Source: Carcharhinus amblyrhynchos
Taxonomy: Eukaryota
Direction: 5' to 3'
DNA length: 64,000 nt
NCBI GenBank assembly: GCA_965287045.1
Contig: OZ336879.1
Location: forward strand, 61,814,001-61,878,000
Shown here piece by piece: positions 51,501-60,077 of the stretch. The notes under the pieces were generated by a model. The model searched no databases. It was not told where the DNA came from and worked only from the letters and a program-made list of their open reading frames with translations. Position 1 is the first letter of the stretch, and each line of letters starts with the position of its first letter. Position numbers and translations under genes: made by a program.

Positions 51501-54500
51501 TACATGAAAGACATCCTGGTATAGTCCAGATGAAGGAATTAGCACATAGTTACTTTTAGTGGCCAGGTCTGGATACTCAGATTGAAGAAAAATAGGACAA
51601 TAGTTGAATTTAAGTTGCCTGATAAATTGTCAATGCCACTATACCACCTGAGAATAATGCAGAATAAGTTCAAGAAAAGAAGTGTCTGCTGAACTTCCAA
51701 ATAATGCTTCCAGGGTCAAGGACAGCTAAATTCCAGAACATCGTATAAAACGAAAGAGGAATAGACATCCTCCTGATCAGCTTTCTTATTGGCTGTATAC
51801 AATGATTAATGGTACATAGTCCTGTGTTTAGAGTATTATTGATCTGATGATTTGTTGTCATGACCACAGAAGTAAAAAGGAGAGATGTTATATATGTTGC
51901 ATGATTATTTTCAGAGCCAGTCACATGATTTGATGATGATATTATGCGAGTATTTCACAGGCTGCTATTTTAGTTTCAGTGTCTACACTGTACAGGCAGG
52001 AATTCCTAGAGTAAATCGATTGTTGTTAGCTTGAATATGTGTGCGCAAACCATGCCTTTTTCTTTTTGTGCAAAACCTGCAACCCCTAATATAGTCAGAA
52101 CAGTACACTGTGCAGGATCTTGAGGCATGATGAACTGGTCTTCTTTGTCCATCTATTTTAAATTAGAACAACAGTGCACCAAGTATGTAAACAGTGTGAC
52201 TACTGCTACAATTGTTGGCAATTCTGGATCATGGAGCATTAGAATTACTGGTGAAATTTGGAGATTTTTGATCTTGTCAAAAGCATTTTACTGATTTATG
52301 ATCCAGGACTACTGATAACCTTGTCCCAAAAGCTGTCATAGCACCTTTTTCATTTCTATCAAGTTTGGTTGGAACTTGTTAAAGTTTATTTATTAGTGAC
52401 AAGAAGGCTTTCATTCACACTGCAATGAAGGTACTATGAAAATTCCCAAGCTGCCACACTCCAGCGCCTGTTCGAGTATACTAAGGGAGAATTTAGCACG
52501 AGCAATTCACCTAATCTGCACATCCTTGGACTGGTGGAAAAAACTGGAGCACCCAGAGGAAACCCACACAGACATGGGAAGAATGTGTAAACTCCACACA
52601 GTCAGTGACCCAAGCTGGGAATCGAACCCAGGTCCCTGGCACTGTGAGCAGCAGTGCTAACCACTATGCCATCATAATTGATTGACCATCCCAAGGAACC
52701 TTTGTGATTCTGTGAGGCTTGTAGGCTGTGAGGACTTTGGTTTTCTATGGGTTAGCAGTAATTGCTGAAGTACAATGTGCCCTAAGCATTTTATCATAAG
52801 CTTTACAAATGCACATTTGGATTTAACGTGAAACCTGCTTCTTGTGAGGCCTGGTCTTGCTCAAAGGTCATCAATGAAGCATATATGAGTATATCATCCG
52901 TATTACACCTTGCATACTTTCCAGAGTCTGGGACATCATTCTTTCTTTGGAATATCTCTAGTGCAGAAACAATTTTGATTGGTAACCTGCTAAAACAATA
53001 ACCACCAAACCAGATGAGCTAAAACAATCTGGATTCTTTATCCAGATGCAACAAGCCACAAGCCCCTATTTGCATCTAATTTGACTTTCATTCACTGATG
53101 CTCTTTTGTGAATCTTGTGTGCTCCACTGACTTGTTTAATGGAGTCAAATCCATGCAGGTTCCAACTGAACCAATAGACTGGTACTGTGACCATTCCAGA
53201 ACACCACTTTGTCAGTATAGTTACTGGAGACATGACTCCCTGTTGTAACACATTTTCAATTTCACTATTGACTTGGTCCAAGAGTGGATGAAGCATCTTC
53301 CTCACTGTGAGAGACATATAGGTTCATCATCCACCCACAGTGTTAGATGATATTCTGTTTTCAGCTTGTCTAAGCCTGAAAATAGGGTGGAAATTCCTTT
53401 TTGAATGTATTACAAGACTGCCCATCAGCAATTTCATCAACCTTGTAAATCAGCTTCAACTGCAAGCATGCTTAATAATGATGACACCTGGCTCTGTATA
53501 GTTTACCTGTGTTCAATAATTTCTTTATCTTTGTTATGAGCTCTCAGCACTTTGCAAAGGTTCTGGGAGTGGCAATGTAAATAGCCTCTAAAGATCTCTG
53601 GATCTTTTGGCATTTCAGTAGTTTGGCTCGTAGATTGTTATCTGTACTCAGTGCTGTTGGGGTTCCAGGTCTGCATGTCCTGCATCTGTTGCACTCAGAA
53701 TCCTCCATTCTCAAGTCAATCTTCAATCTTTTTTCTTAACCTTTTCCCAAGAAATGTAGGTCTTCCAGATCGGCAGTCTTCTTTTGGAGTTTTTCTGTGT
53801 CTTTATATTGTCCATTGACAGCATGCTTATCTTACATTCAGAATCTAGGTAGGGTTACTTTAGGGTTTGCCTGTTATCCTAAGAATGCTACCATAGACTC
53901 TTGCTTATGTACAGATCTATGTACATATCAGTAATCTACATGAAGTTGTATCTCTGCTTCCCACCAGACCTCTTTAACTTAGTCACGTGACACTGCATCG
54001 TAGTTATGTCAGTAGTTACATCAACAACAGGTTGCTCCCGATGTAACTCTTTACAATGTTCCTCCAACCCATCATAACCATCCTTGATATAAGTTCCAGG
54101 CCGATAGTTCCTGGCAGTTTTGGACAATTTAAAATGGCTATTAAATGCAGCATTGTTAAGCAAGGGAAAGCAGTATGATTTTCAACACATGAATTACTAC
54201 ATACTGATATGTAGTTTCTGGTCAATGGTAACCCCCACGATTTTGATAATGGGGGATTCAGCAAAGGTAATGTCATTCAAGTTCAAGGGGAGACTGTTAG
54301 ATTCTCTCTTTTTGGAGATGGTCATTGCCTGGCACTTGTGTGGCATGAATGTTACTTGGCACTTATCAGCCCAACCTGAAGGTCTTATTGAGGTCTTACT
54401 GCACATAAGCTCAGATTGTTTCAGTATCTGGGGAGTTGCAAATGGTGTTGAACATTGTAAAATTATCAGCGAACATCCCTACTACTGAACTTATGATAGA

Positions 54501-55455
54501 CCCGAAGCCATTTTTTAAGCAGCTGAAGATGGTTAAGCCTAGCACACTACCTTATGGAACTCCAGCAGTGATGTTTTGGGACTGAGATTATTTACCTCCA
54601 AGAACCACAACCATCTTCCTTTGTGTTAGGTATGATACCAACCTGTGGAGAGTTTTCCCCGTGTCTTCCATTGACTCTAGTTACACTTGGGTTCCTTGAT
54701 ATATTCTAAAGATGCCAAAAATGACTTTACAATCAATAATTATCTTTGACATAGCTATGTTTGTTTCATAGGAGGTTCAGGAACAAACTTTAATGTACAA
54801 TTGGTTTATGCTTGATTTGTTTTCCTTTCGTAATGCGACATGTTAAATACAGAAATTATGCACTAAAATAGATTCAGGGAAGGTGCTTCCCACTGTGTTG
54901 CCAACCTACAAATCCCCAACTTATTTTGCCTGCATAATCTGACATGAAAACTTCCAATATCACTTGAAATGAAGCATTTCCTGCCCAATTTCATGATGTT
55001 GTTTTAAACCAGAATTACGTCAGCATAAAACACAATATTGCTGTGTTCACATTGTCTGAATCCAATATATAAGCTATGATTCTTGTACTGTCTACAAAGG
55101 GTTAAGCATTGTTGTTACTTTACATCAGGATCAGAATAAGGTTATATTTCACACATAATAAGCAGCATTGCATCTATTCTCATAATTTGTATGGACCTGT
55201 GAATATAATATTTCATGTTTTGCTTTTATGAATACCTCTTATGAATTTTTATAGCTTCTTTGTGCTCAATATTGATGCAGTATGTGGGTGGGAACTAATT
55301 GGAGCTCCAACCTTGTTAATGGTACAATATGTGCAATTACTTTGTTTTCAACAGGTAACAACAGAACTTGACAATGAATGCACCAAAACCTTCAGAGGCA
55401 CTTCAAGCGCAGCTCCAATGGCAGCTGGTATAATTGCATTGGTCCTTCAGGCTAA
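18474..55455 (+). CDS. Partial multi-exon gene: divergent kexin-like proprotein convertase (PCSK, peptidase S8B), catalytic-domain exons join(18474..18511,38071..38153,39805..39893,46385..46557,49137..49364,55355..55455)
   Basis: Six AG/GT-bounded exons with matching phases (1-0, 0-2, 2-1, 1-0, 0-0, 0-2) splice into one open frame: [13 protein letters not shown]|[28 protein letters not shown]|[30 protein letters not shown]|[57 protein letters not shown]|[76 protein letters not shown]|[33 protein letters not shown](N). This is colinear with the furin/PC1/PC2 catalytic domain. No specific PCSK orthologue can be assigned by eye. Confidence 0.95.
21760..22085 (-). mobile_element. LINE (CR1/L2 group) 3' tail fragment
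   Basis: Minus-strand gggaacaccaccatctgcaagttcccc...ggcaataaatactgg tail. The same tail occurs at 27515-28165 (-), 37390-37685 (+) and 48463-48975 (+). Confidence 0.7.
24040..27115 (+). mobile_element. Decayed CR1 RT fragments split by a nested RTE LINE
   Basis: [22 protein letters not shown] at ~24568-24635. The CR1 sequence resumes at ~26626 (LSDRKQK...[16 protein letters not shown]) and ends in a CR1 3' tail near 27110. Confidence 0.75.
24692..26625 (-). mobile_element. 5'-truncated RTE-clade (BovB-like) LINE
   Basis: Minus frames give [38 protein letters not shown]...[24 protein letters not shown], and a C-terminal zinc-finger-like [16 protein letters not shown]. Short-repeat tail (aagt) at ~24692. 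Confidence 0.88.
27515..28165 (-). mobile_element. LINE (CR1/L2 group) 3' RT fragment
   Basis: The minus ORF reads [14 protein letters not shown]...[14 protein letters not shown], followed by the shared 3' tail. Confidence 0.8.
28820..29122 (-). mobile_element. tRNA-derived shark SINE with LINE-shared tail
   Basis: ggagtcacatgtaggccagaccaggtaaggatggcagatttccttc core, as in the 45575 copy. Confidence 0.75.
29597..29910 (+). mobile_element. tRNA-derived shark SINE
   Basis: A-box-like gtggcaaagtgg, B-box ggttcaaatcc, core aaaacccatctggttcattaatgtcc, and aataaa tail. Confidence 0.8.
30172..30338 (+). mobile_element. HE1-like V-SINE, 3'-truncated
   Basis: ggtggcacagtggtttgcactgctgcctcacagcgtcagggacccaggttcgattc head. 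Confidence 0.85.
35165..35578 (-). mobile_element. CR1 3' end fragment
   Basis: ataggatttaggagcag tail and ctcctcatctctgtcttaaa, the reverse complement of the CR1 3' region. Confidence 0.65.
35579..36545 (-). mobile_element. LINE (CR1/L2 group) RT fragment with a nested HE1-like SINE (~35755-36010, plus strand)
   Basis: The minus strand encodes [18 protein letters not shown] (frameshifted ...GPTIFSCxINDxP) and FADNCT. The SINE V-domain interrupts it. Confidence 0.75.
38071..38153 (+). CDS. PCSK-like exon, 83 bp, [28 protein letters not shown]
   Basis: Acceptor attttcacag and donor gtaaat. Aligns with furin DPGASFDVNDQDPDP...; its phase-2 end joins T+CAC of the next exon. Confidence 0.92.
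39805..39893 (+). CDS. PCSK-like exon, 89 bp, catalytic His ([10 protein letters not shown]...AYNAKIGG)
   Basis: aag acceptor and gtaatt donor. HGTxCAGEV motif. 89 bp is the usual size of this exon in the convertases. Confidence 0.95.
42101..42424 (+). mobile_element. Full-length HE1-like V-SINE with CR1-like tail
   Basis: gtggcacagtggttagcactgctgcctcacag head, V-domain, and tail atgggctgaatggcctcc...ttctatga. Confidence 0.88.
43390..44230 (-). mobile_element. Old CR1 3' fragment
   Basis: ataagaacagg tail; ctttgtgacatcagcaaat on the plus strand reads FADVTK on the minus strand. Confidence 0.55.
44774..44846 (+). pseudogene. Degenerate tRNA-Ile(AAT)-like sequence
   Basis: agctcagatggttacagcatgatgc matches the recalled vertebrate tRNA-Ile AGCTCAGTTGGTTAGAGCGTGGTGC at 21/25 positions. 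The 3' half is colinear through gtgctggc, mostly with transitions. TTTT follows within 20 bp. Confidence 0.5.
44875..44956 (+). pseudogene. tRNA-Ser(TGA) pseudogene
   Basis: 82 nt, about 80% identical by eye to the recalled vertebrate tRNA-Ser. Anticodon TGA at 44908-44910, long variable arm ggggtctcccc, B-box gttcgaatcc. Stems are broken by CpG-type changes. Confidence 0.85.
44965..45388 (+). pseudogene. 5S rRNA pseudogene split by a SINE (5' part 44965-45007, 3' part 45307-45388)
   Basis: gcctatgactgcactaatctgaaaatgcccgaatttgtctgat corresponds to 5S nt 1-43. gatcttgggaagctaag...cctggttagtatttggatgggagacc...taggttttt covers box A, box C and the T-run terminator. Confidence 0.85.
45008..45305 (-). 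mobile_element. HE1-like V-SINE inserted into the 5S pseudogene
   Basis: Minus-strand head ggcacagtggtcagcactgctgcctcacag, V-domain and (ttctat) tail. gat is present at both junctions. Confidence 0.88.
45392..45460 (+). pseudogene. Degenerate tRNA-Lys(TTT)-like sequence
   Basis: gccttggtagctcagtctgaagagcatcacacttgtgatctggggttcaagttcaagtc is colinear with the recalled tRNA-Lys GCCCGGATAGCTCAGTCGGTAGAGCATCAGACTTTTAATCTGAGGGTCCAGGGTTCAAGTC. The 3' acceptor strand is not recognisable. Confidence 0.65.
45575..45918 (+). mobile_element. Full-length tRNA-derived shark SINE with A-rich tail
   Basis: A-box tggcctagtgg, B-box ggttcgaatcc, conserved core, and tail gaatgaataaaaaaa. Confidence 0.85.
45925..46125 (+). 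mobile_element. Possible decayed Myb/SANT-like ORF of a PIF/Harbinger transposon
   Basis: Frameshifted translation [17 protein letters not shown]...RLWDQIV...MQC resembles Harbinger accessory Myb-like proteins. Pattern recognition only. Confidence 0.35.
46385..46557 (+). CDS. PCSK-like exon, 173 bp, IRVLDG...[12 protein letters not shown]...GAKK
   Basis: Acceptor ttttctgtttaag and donor gtaaga. Matches furin VRMLDGEVTDAVEA...IYSASWGPEDDGKTVDGP. Confidence 0.95.
47421..47536. repeat. GC-rich 20-bp minisatellite (cactgccctctcccgcccgt), ~5.5 copies
   Basis: Tandem units are directly visible, and CpGs are retained. Confidence 0.9.
48463..48975 (+). mobile_element. LINE (CR1/L2 group) 3' fragment
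   Basis: ADNCTMFCI...[14 protein letters not shown]-like RT C-terminus followed by the shared tail. Confidence 0.7.
49137..49364 (+). CDS. PCSK-like exon, 228 bp, oxyanion-hole Asn (WASGNGG)
   Basis: Acceptor tttgttttatag and donor TTG|gtgagt. Contains [17 protein letters not shown], DGYVNSIFT and YSEAC motifs. Confidence 0.93.
49915..50040 (-). mobile_element. HE1-like V-SINE 5' half
   Basis: Minus-strand ggcacagtggttagcaccgctgcctcacagcgccagg head and V-domain. Confidence 0.85.
50677..52093 (+). mobile_element. Internally deleted Ty3/Gypsy LTR retrotransposon
   Basis: RNase H ([18 protein letters not shown]...KEALSII) and integrase Zn-binding fragment ([15 protein letters not shown]). LTR-like direct repeats start tgttatatat at 50677 and 51886 and share tttcacaggctgctatttta. 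Polypurine tract aaaaaggagaga lies immediately before 51886. Confidence 0.85.
52379..52672 (-). mobile_element. HE1-like V-SINE with the alternative (aataaataaacttt) tail
   Basis: Same head and V-domain as other copies; tail shared with the 12405 and 55553 copies. Confidence 0.85.
52680..54026 (-). mobile_element. Second Gypsy relic (probable 5' LTR, PBS, protease and RT fragments)
   Basis: Minus frames give [15 protein letters not shown]...WCSGMVTVP and DDILIY (RT active site). A putative LTR at ~54026-53891 is followed by PBS-like tggtagca. Confidence 0.7.
54205..54710 (-). mobile_element. LINE (CR1/L2 group) RT fragment
   Basis: Minus-strand [23 protein letters not shown]...[10 protein letters not shown] and FADNFT motifs. 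Confidence 0.8.
55355..55455 (+). CDS. PCSK-like exon, 101 bp, catalytic Ser (GTSSAAP)
   Basis: Acceptor tttgttttcaacag and donor AA|gtaagt. VTTE...C...[19 protein letters not shown](N). 101 bp is the usual size of this exon. Confidence 0.95.
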
Positions 55456-55552
55456 GTAAGTATTGTCACACACAGACAGTTTTGAAATTCCAAAATACCA
55501 TATATAATATGGTATTATAATATGGTAATATGATAGTATATTCAGAAGAGTT

Positions 55553-55854
55553 AAAGTGAAGTTTATTTATTGGTCACAAGTAGCCTTACATTAACATTGC
55601 AATGAAGTTACTGTGAAAATCCCTGAGCCGCCACACTCCAGCCTGTTCGGGTACACTGAGAGAGAATTTTAGCATGACCAATTCACCTGATCTGCACATC
55701 TTTGGACTGTGGGAGGAAACTGGAGCACCCGGAGGAAGCACACACAGACACAGAAAGAATGTGCAAACTTGAACAGACAGTCACCCAAACCAGGAATCGA
55801 ACCCAGGTCCCTGGCGCTGTAACTCAGCAGTGCTAACCAGTGTGCCACCGTGCC
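55553..55854 (-). mobile_element. Full-length HE1-like V-SINE, alternative tail
   Basis: Minus-strand head ggcacggtggcacactggttagcactgctg; ends in aataaataaacttcacttt. Confidence 0.88.
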
Positions 55855-56704
55855 ATCGGAGAGAAAGTTCTAATGCTGAAACTGTAGACTTTGTTTTTCT
55901 GTAACTCCTCCTGATCGTGGAGAGACAATGAAACAAAAATAAGTTTCCCAGTCTGACACATGGAAGGTTTTTACTGCTGTAAGCCAGAGTAGCAGTGGCA
56001 CTAATAACTTCTATGTAGCACCTTTTCCTGATCTCGGGGCTTTCCAAAATGCAATGTATGAAGTGCAGTCATTGTTGTAATGCAGGGGATGCGATAGCTA
56101 ATTTATGTACAATAATGTCACATGAACTGCAGTGTGATGACAAATAGCAGGTAATCTGTTTGATAAACATTGGCCAGAATAACAAGGAGAACTCCCCTGC
56201 TCATCACCAAATAACGTCAATGGATCTTTTGTATTCACCTGAGAGAAGGTAATACAGCTCATACAGTGCCACGTCTTTGACCCCAACATTGATCACACCC
56301 CAAATGGACATACAAAGTTGCTAGAATCTGTCATCACAGGCTTGAAGATTAATAACTTCAATGTCTTCATTTTGTTTTTCAGTTTTTCTACTGCAGCACA
56401 TCATTCCTAGTTTTACTGTTATATCCATTTGGCACTTTTGGCTAAGATTCACCTTGTGGCATGGGTTTTGCTAGTAGTGCTTCCTAGGGATGGGAATTTT
56501 AAACCAACTGCTTTGTCCCAATGGAACCATGTGTGTTTGTTACTTAGAAGAAGAAGAAGAAGAGGTGCACAGAATGAAATGTGTGGGTTTGGGGGATAGG
56601 GGGAGGGGGTGGGGCTGAATAAGATGCCCTTCTGGGGAGTCAATGCAAACTCAATGGGCCAGATAGCCTCCCTCTGCATTGTGGGGATTCTAAGCTTCTA
56701 CTTC

Positions 56705-57097
56705 TAAAACAAAAGCAAAACACTGTGGATAATGGAAATCTGAAGTAAAACAGAAAATGCTGGACAGACAGCAGGTCTGGCAGCATCTGAAGAGTGAGAA
56801 ACAGAGTTAACATTTTGAATCTGTATGAACCTCTTTGGAGCTAGAGAAAGGCAGAAGTGTGGTAGGTTTTATATTGTTGAAGAGAGGGGTTGTGACAGTT
56901 GGAGCAAAACAGAAGATCAGGATAGGTGACAACTTTTACTTTGCTCCACCCCCTCTCTTTAACAATATAAAACCCAACACATTTCTACTTCTCTGCAGCT
57001 TTGAAGAAATGTCATACGGACTTGAAACGTTCACTCTATTTATCTCTCCACAGATGTGGCCAGATCTGCTGTCTTTCCAATGTTTTCTGTTTTTATT
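56705..57097. mobile_element. Penelope-like terminal repeat in inverted (fold-back) arrangement; related pieces at ~33635-33755, 44503-44615 and 57830-57968
   Basis: aacagaaaatgctgga...caggtctggcagcatctg...acagagttaacatttt on the left faces its diverged reverse complement (gaaacgttcactct...cagatgtggccagatctgctg...ttttctgtt). The Penelope assignment is from recall. Confidence 0.55.
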
Positions 57098-57186
57098 ACT
57101 GCGACTTCTAGCTGTTCACTGCTGTAGCTGGAGTGAATAAGGCGGCTGACTGTGTGTCAGTGGGAACATCTTGGGAGTGAAGTGGC

Positions 57187-57678
57187 TCACAGCTGATTGC
57201 TCAGCTCTGTCTACAGAATTACAGAATTGTCATGGTGCAGAAGGATGCCATTTGGCCCATTCTGTCCATACCAACTCTCAGAATGAATAACTCACTAAAT
57301 GCTATTCCCACCTGCAGGGAATGCCAACTTCAGTGAATAGAGAAGAGTTGAGAATTTGAAAGGTGTACCATTATGATCAAGTGCATTCCTGCGGCATATA
57401 ATGGATATAATCATATGTATGCGTATCATTCAGTGACATTCAGATGAACTAATTTTTTGGGACAAGACCAATGGAAGAATCATCTTGATCATAATGGTAC
57501 ACCTTTCAAATTCTCAACTCTTCTCTATTCACTGAAGTTGGCATTCCCTGCAGGTGGGAATAGCACTTAGTGAGTTATTCATTCTGAGAGTTGGTATGGA
57601 CAGAATGGGCCAAATGGCATCCTTCTGCACCATGACAATTCTGTAATTCTGTAGACAGAGCTGAGCAATCAGCTGTGA
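57187..57678. repeat. Long inverted repeat: 195-bp arms (57187-57381 and 57484-57678), 102-bp spacer
   Basis: The arms are reverse complements with a single mismatch seen (taaatgct vs taagtgct). Confidence 0.95.
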
Positions 57679-58299
57679 CATATTGGTGCAACCTGTGCCC
57701 TGTTACAAAATTCCCAAGCATAGTAGCCATTCAAAGGACTAAATGATAATCTGAGGAGGAATAGGCACATTGGATTGTGCATATTTTGCATTGATAATTG
57801 ATATAAGGAACCGTTGGATAATTAAGATAGAAAACGCTGGAAATATCCAGCAGGTCAGACAGCACCAATGGGGAGAAACAGAATTAACAGTCAAGGTCTT
57901 CATCAGAATTATTCCCAGAAATTTCTGATTTGATCAGATTGCCAGCATCTGCAGTGTTTTGCTTCTGAATTACCTGTTGGAGAACCCTATTGTTGTCTAC
58001 CCTGGTGACCTCTCTAAATATCTTAGACATTTTCACCCAATCGCTTGAGCTGTCTGCTTTGGCACACCTTGGGCAATCTCCTGTTAAGCACTCTGAGTGG
58101 CTCTCGTATCCGGACTGTAGCCTGGAGCACTACAGAAGGTCATCATCCCATGCAGCACTTGTTCCAATAGTATTTTCCAGGAAACATTTTAAATTGTGAC
58201 TATTGTGATACTGCAGCATCTCTCTTGTCTTGCCTGGGTTTGAAAAAAAGAATTGTTTTCAAAATATTATAATACTTTATGCAACTCCCCTTTATGTAG

Positions 58300-59900
58300 G
58301 AACTTAAGAACATGAGCAAAAGGAGCAGGAGTAGGCCTTTAAGCCCCCCCGAGCCTGCCCTGCTATTCCATGATGTCTTGGCTGATCTGATTGTGGCCAC
58401 TTTCCAGTCTGTGCCCCTGTAACCCTTAGCCCCCTTATAGATCAAAAACCTGTCTAACTCGTCCTTGACTACATTCAATGACCCACCCTTCACTGCTCAC
58501 TTCTAAGTGTTAACAACCCCTGTAAGAGAAGAAATTCCTCCTCATCTCCATCTTAAATAGGAGACTTATTTTGAACCCCCTGGTTCTTGATTTTCCAATG
58601 AGGGGAACCGTTTTCTCAGCAGCTATTTTGCAAACCCTCTCAGAATCTTGCATGTTTCCGTGAGATCACCTCTCAATCTTCTAAACTCCAATGAGTATTT
58701 TCCTACTCCACTCAACCTCTCCTCATAAGAAAATACTTTCATCCCAGGAATCAACCTAATGAACCTTCTCTAAACTGCCTCCAATGCAAGTTTAATCCTA
58801 CTTAAGTAAGGAGACCAGAACTATATGCAGTACTACAGACATGGGGCCTGATTTTTACCACCCAGTTGCACCCATTATCGGGTGCGAAAAATTGGTAAAG
58901 TCAGGCGTGAGGCGAGTAACGTGATCCGCACCCACTTCCGTGCCGGTTCTTACTTTCCCATGGCCGTGATCGGGACTGTGCCTGAAACAGACTTGATGGA
59001 CATTTAAATACATTTGCATGCATTTAAATTGACTTAATGGGCTGCATGCCCAATCTTACCAGCACTTTCCTTTTCACTGCATTCACTCATTCAGATTTGG
59101 CGCGAAACAGATGTGCTGTATAAAAGTCTGACTGGGGCGCTCCAGCTAGTGAGGAGATAAGTGCCGAGTGTCCGATGGCGCTCTGCTTGAGTGGTTGTGG
59201 TGGGGTGGGGAGGGAGGGTCCGCTGTCACTTTGCCTGTGATCTGCGGGGTGGGGGGAAGGGATCTGCTGCCATTCTGCCTGAGATCGGTAAGGGGGAGGG
59301 GGCCATGACCAGTCTGGGTGGTGGGTGAGTGGGGAAATAAGGGGGTCAGTAAGTTGTAGGGGTTGGACAATGTCTGTGGGGGCCACAGGGAGGCATTATC
59401 TGGCCTGGGGGCGATGTGGGAGGAGAGCCGCATTCTATCATTTTTTTCTGCACGTGCGCAATGGGAAGTTCTTGCAATAAAGGCTGACATTCCATTTGAA
59501 TTCTTATTTGCTTGCTTAATTTAATTTTAAAATTTAATTTTAAAATGTTAATTTTCTTAATTGCACACATGCTGACTGTTTGTGATTCATGGAGGAGGAC
59601 ACCCAGATCCCTCTGCACCACAACATTCTGCAGTTTCTCTTTTCTTAATTAATATTCTGCTTTTCTATTCTCCCTGCCAAAGTGGACAACTTCACAGCTG
59701 GAATGCTCTGGCTGTTCACTCCCTGTGTCACTGCCAACGAGGATGGTGATTTTGACGCCCTTCCAAATCCCCGTTCACTGCAACAGGATCAGAGAATCAC
59801 GCTGACATGAATGGCCAGAGAATCCTGCCCCACATTATAATCCATCTGACAAATTTTGCCCATATATTTAACTTACCTTTATCCCTCTGCAGACACTTTG
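58300..59900 (-). mobile_element. CR1 3' fragment interrupted by GC-rich insertions (~58843-59560 and ~59695-59830)
   Basis: aagaacat tail at ~58305; the minus strand gives VVQRDLGVLLHES at ~59580-59620. Confidence 0.7.
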
Positions 59901-60077
59901 AGCAGCGGAGTTTAAGTGTTTAAGTTAATGGGGGTCTTGCCCACATGCGGGACCCTCTCATCACCTCAGTCAAGGAAGGCCCATTGGATGTAAGTGCTCA
60001 TCAAGCATTGAACTGTTTAGCACAGATTTTTGCCAGAATTTAGGAATCTGCAGGCAAAAATCAACCCCATCCTCATA

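Noticed and set aside
18474-55455. Assigning the symbol PCSK1, PCSK2, PCSK7 or FURIN
   Set aside because: Diagnostic motifs conflict: Asn oxyanion excludes PC2, and CCCWGPK, CGADGY and FRGTS match none of them.
55912-55930. SWRD motif as the next exon
   Set aside because: Preceded by an in-frame stop, with no acceptor and no downstream QHL-like residues.
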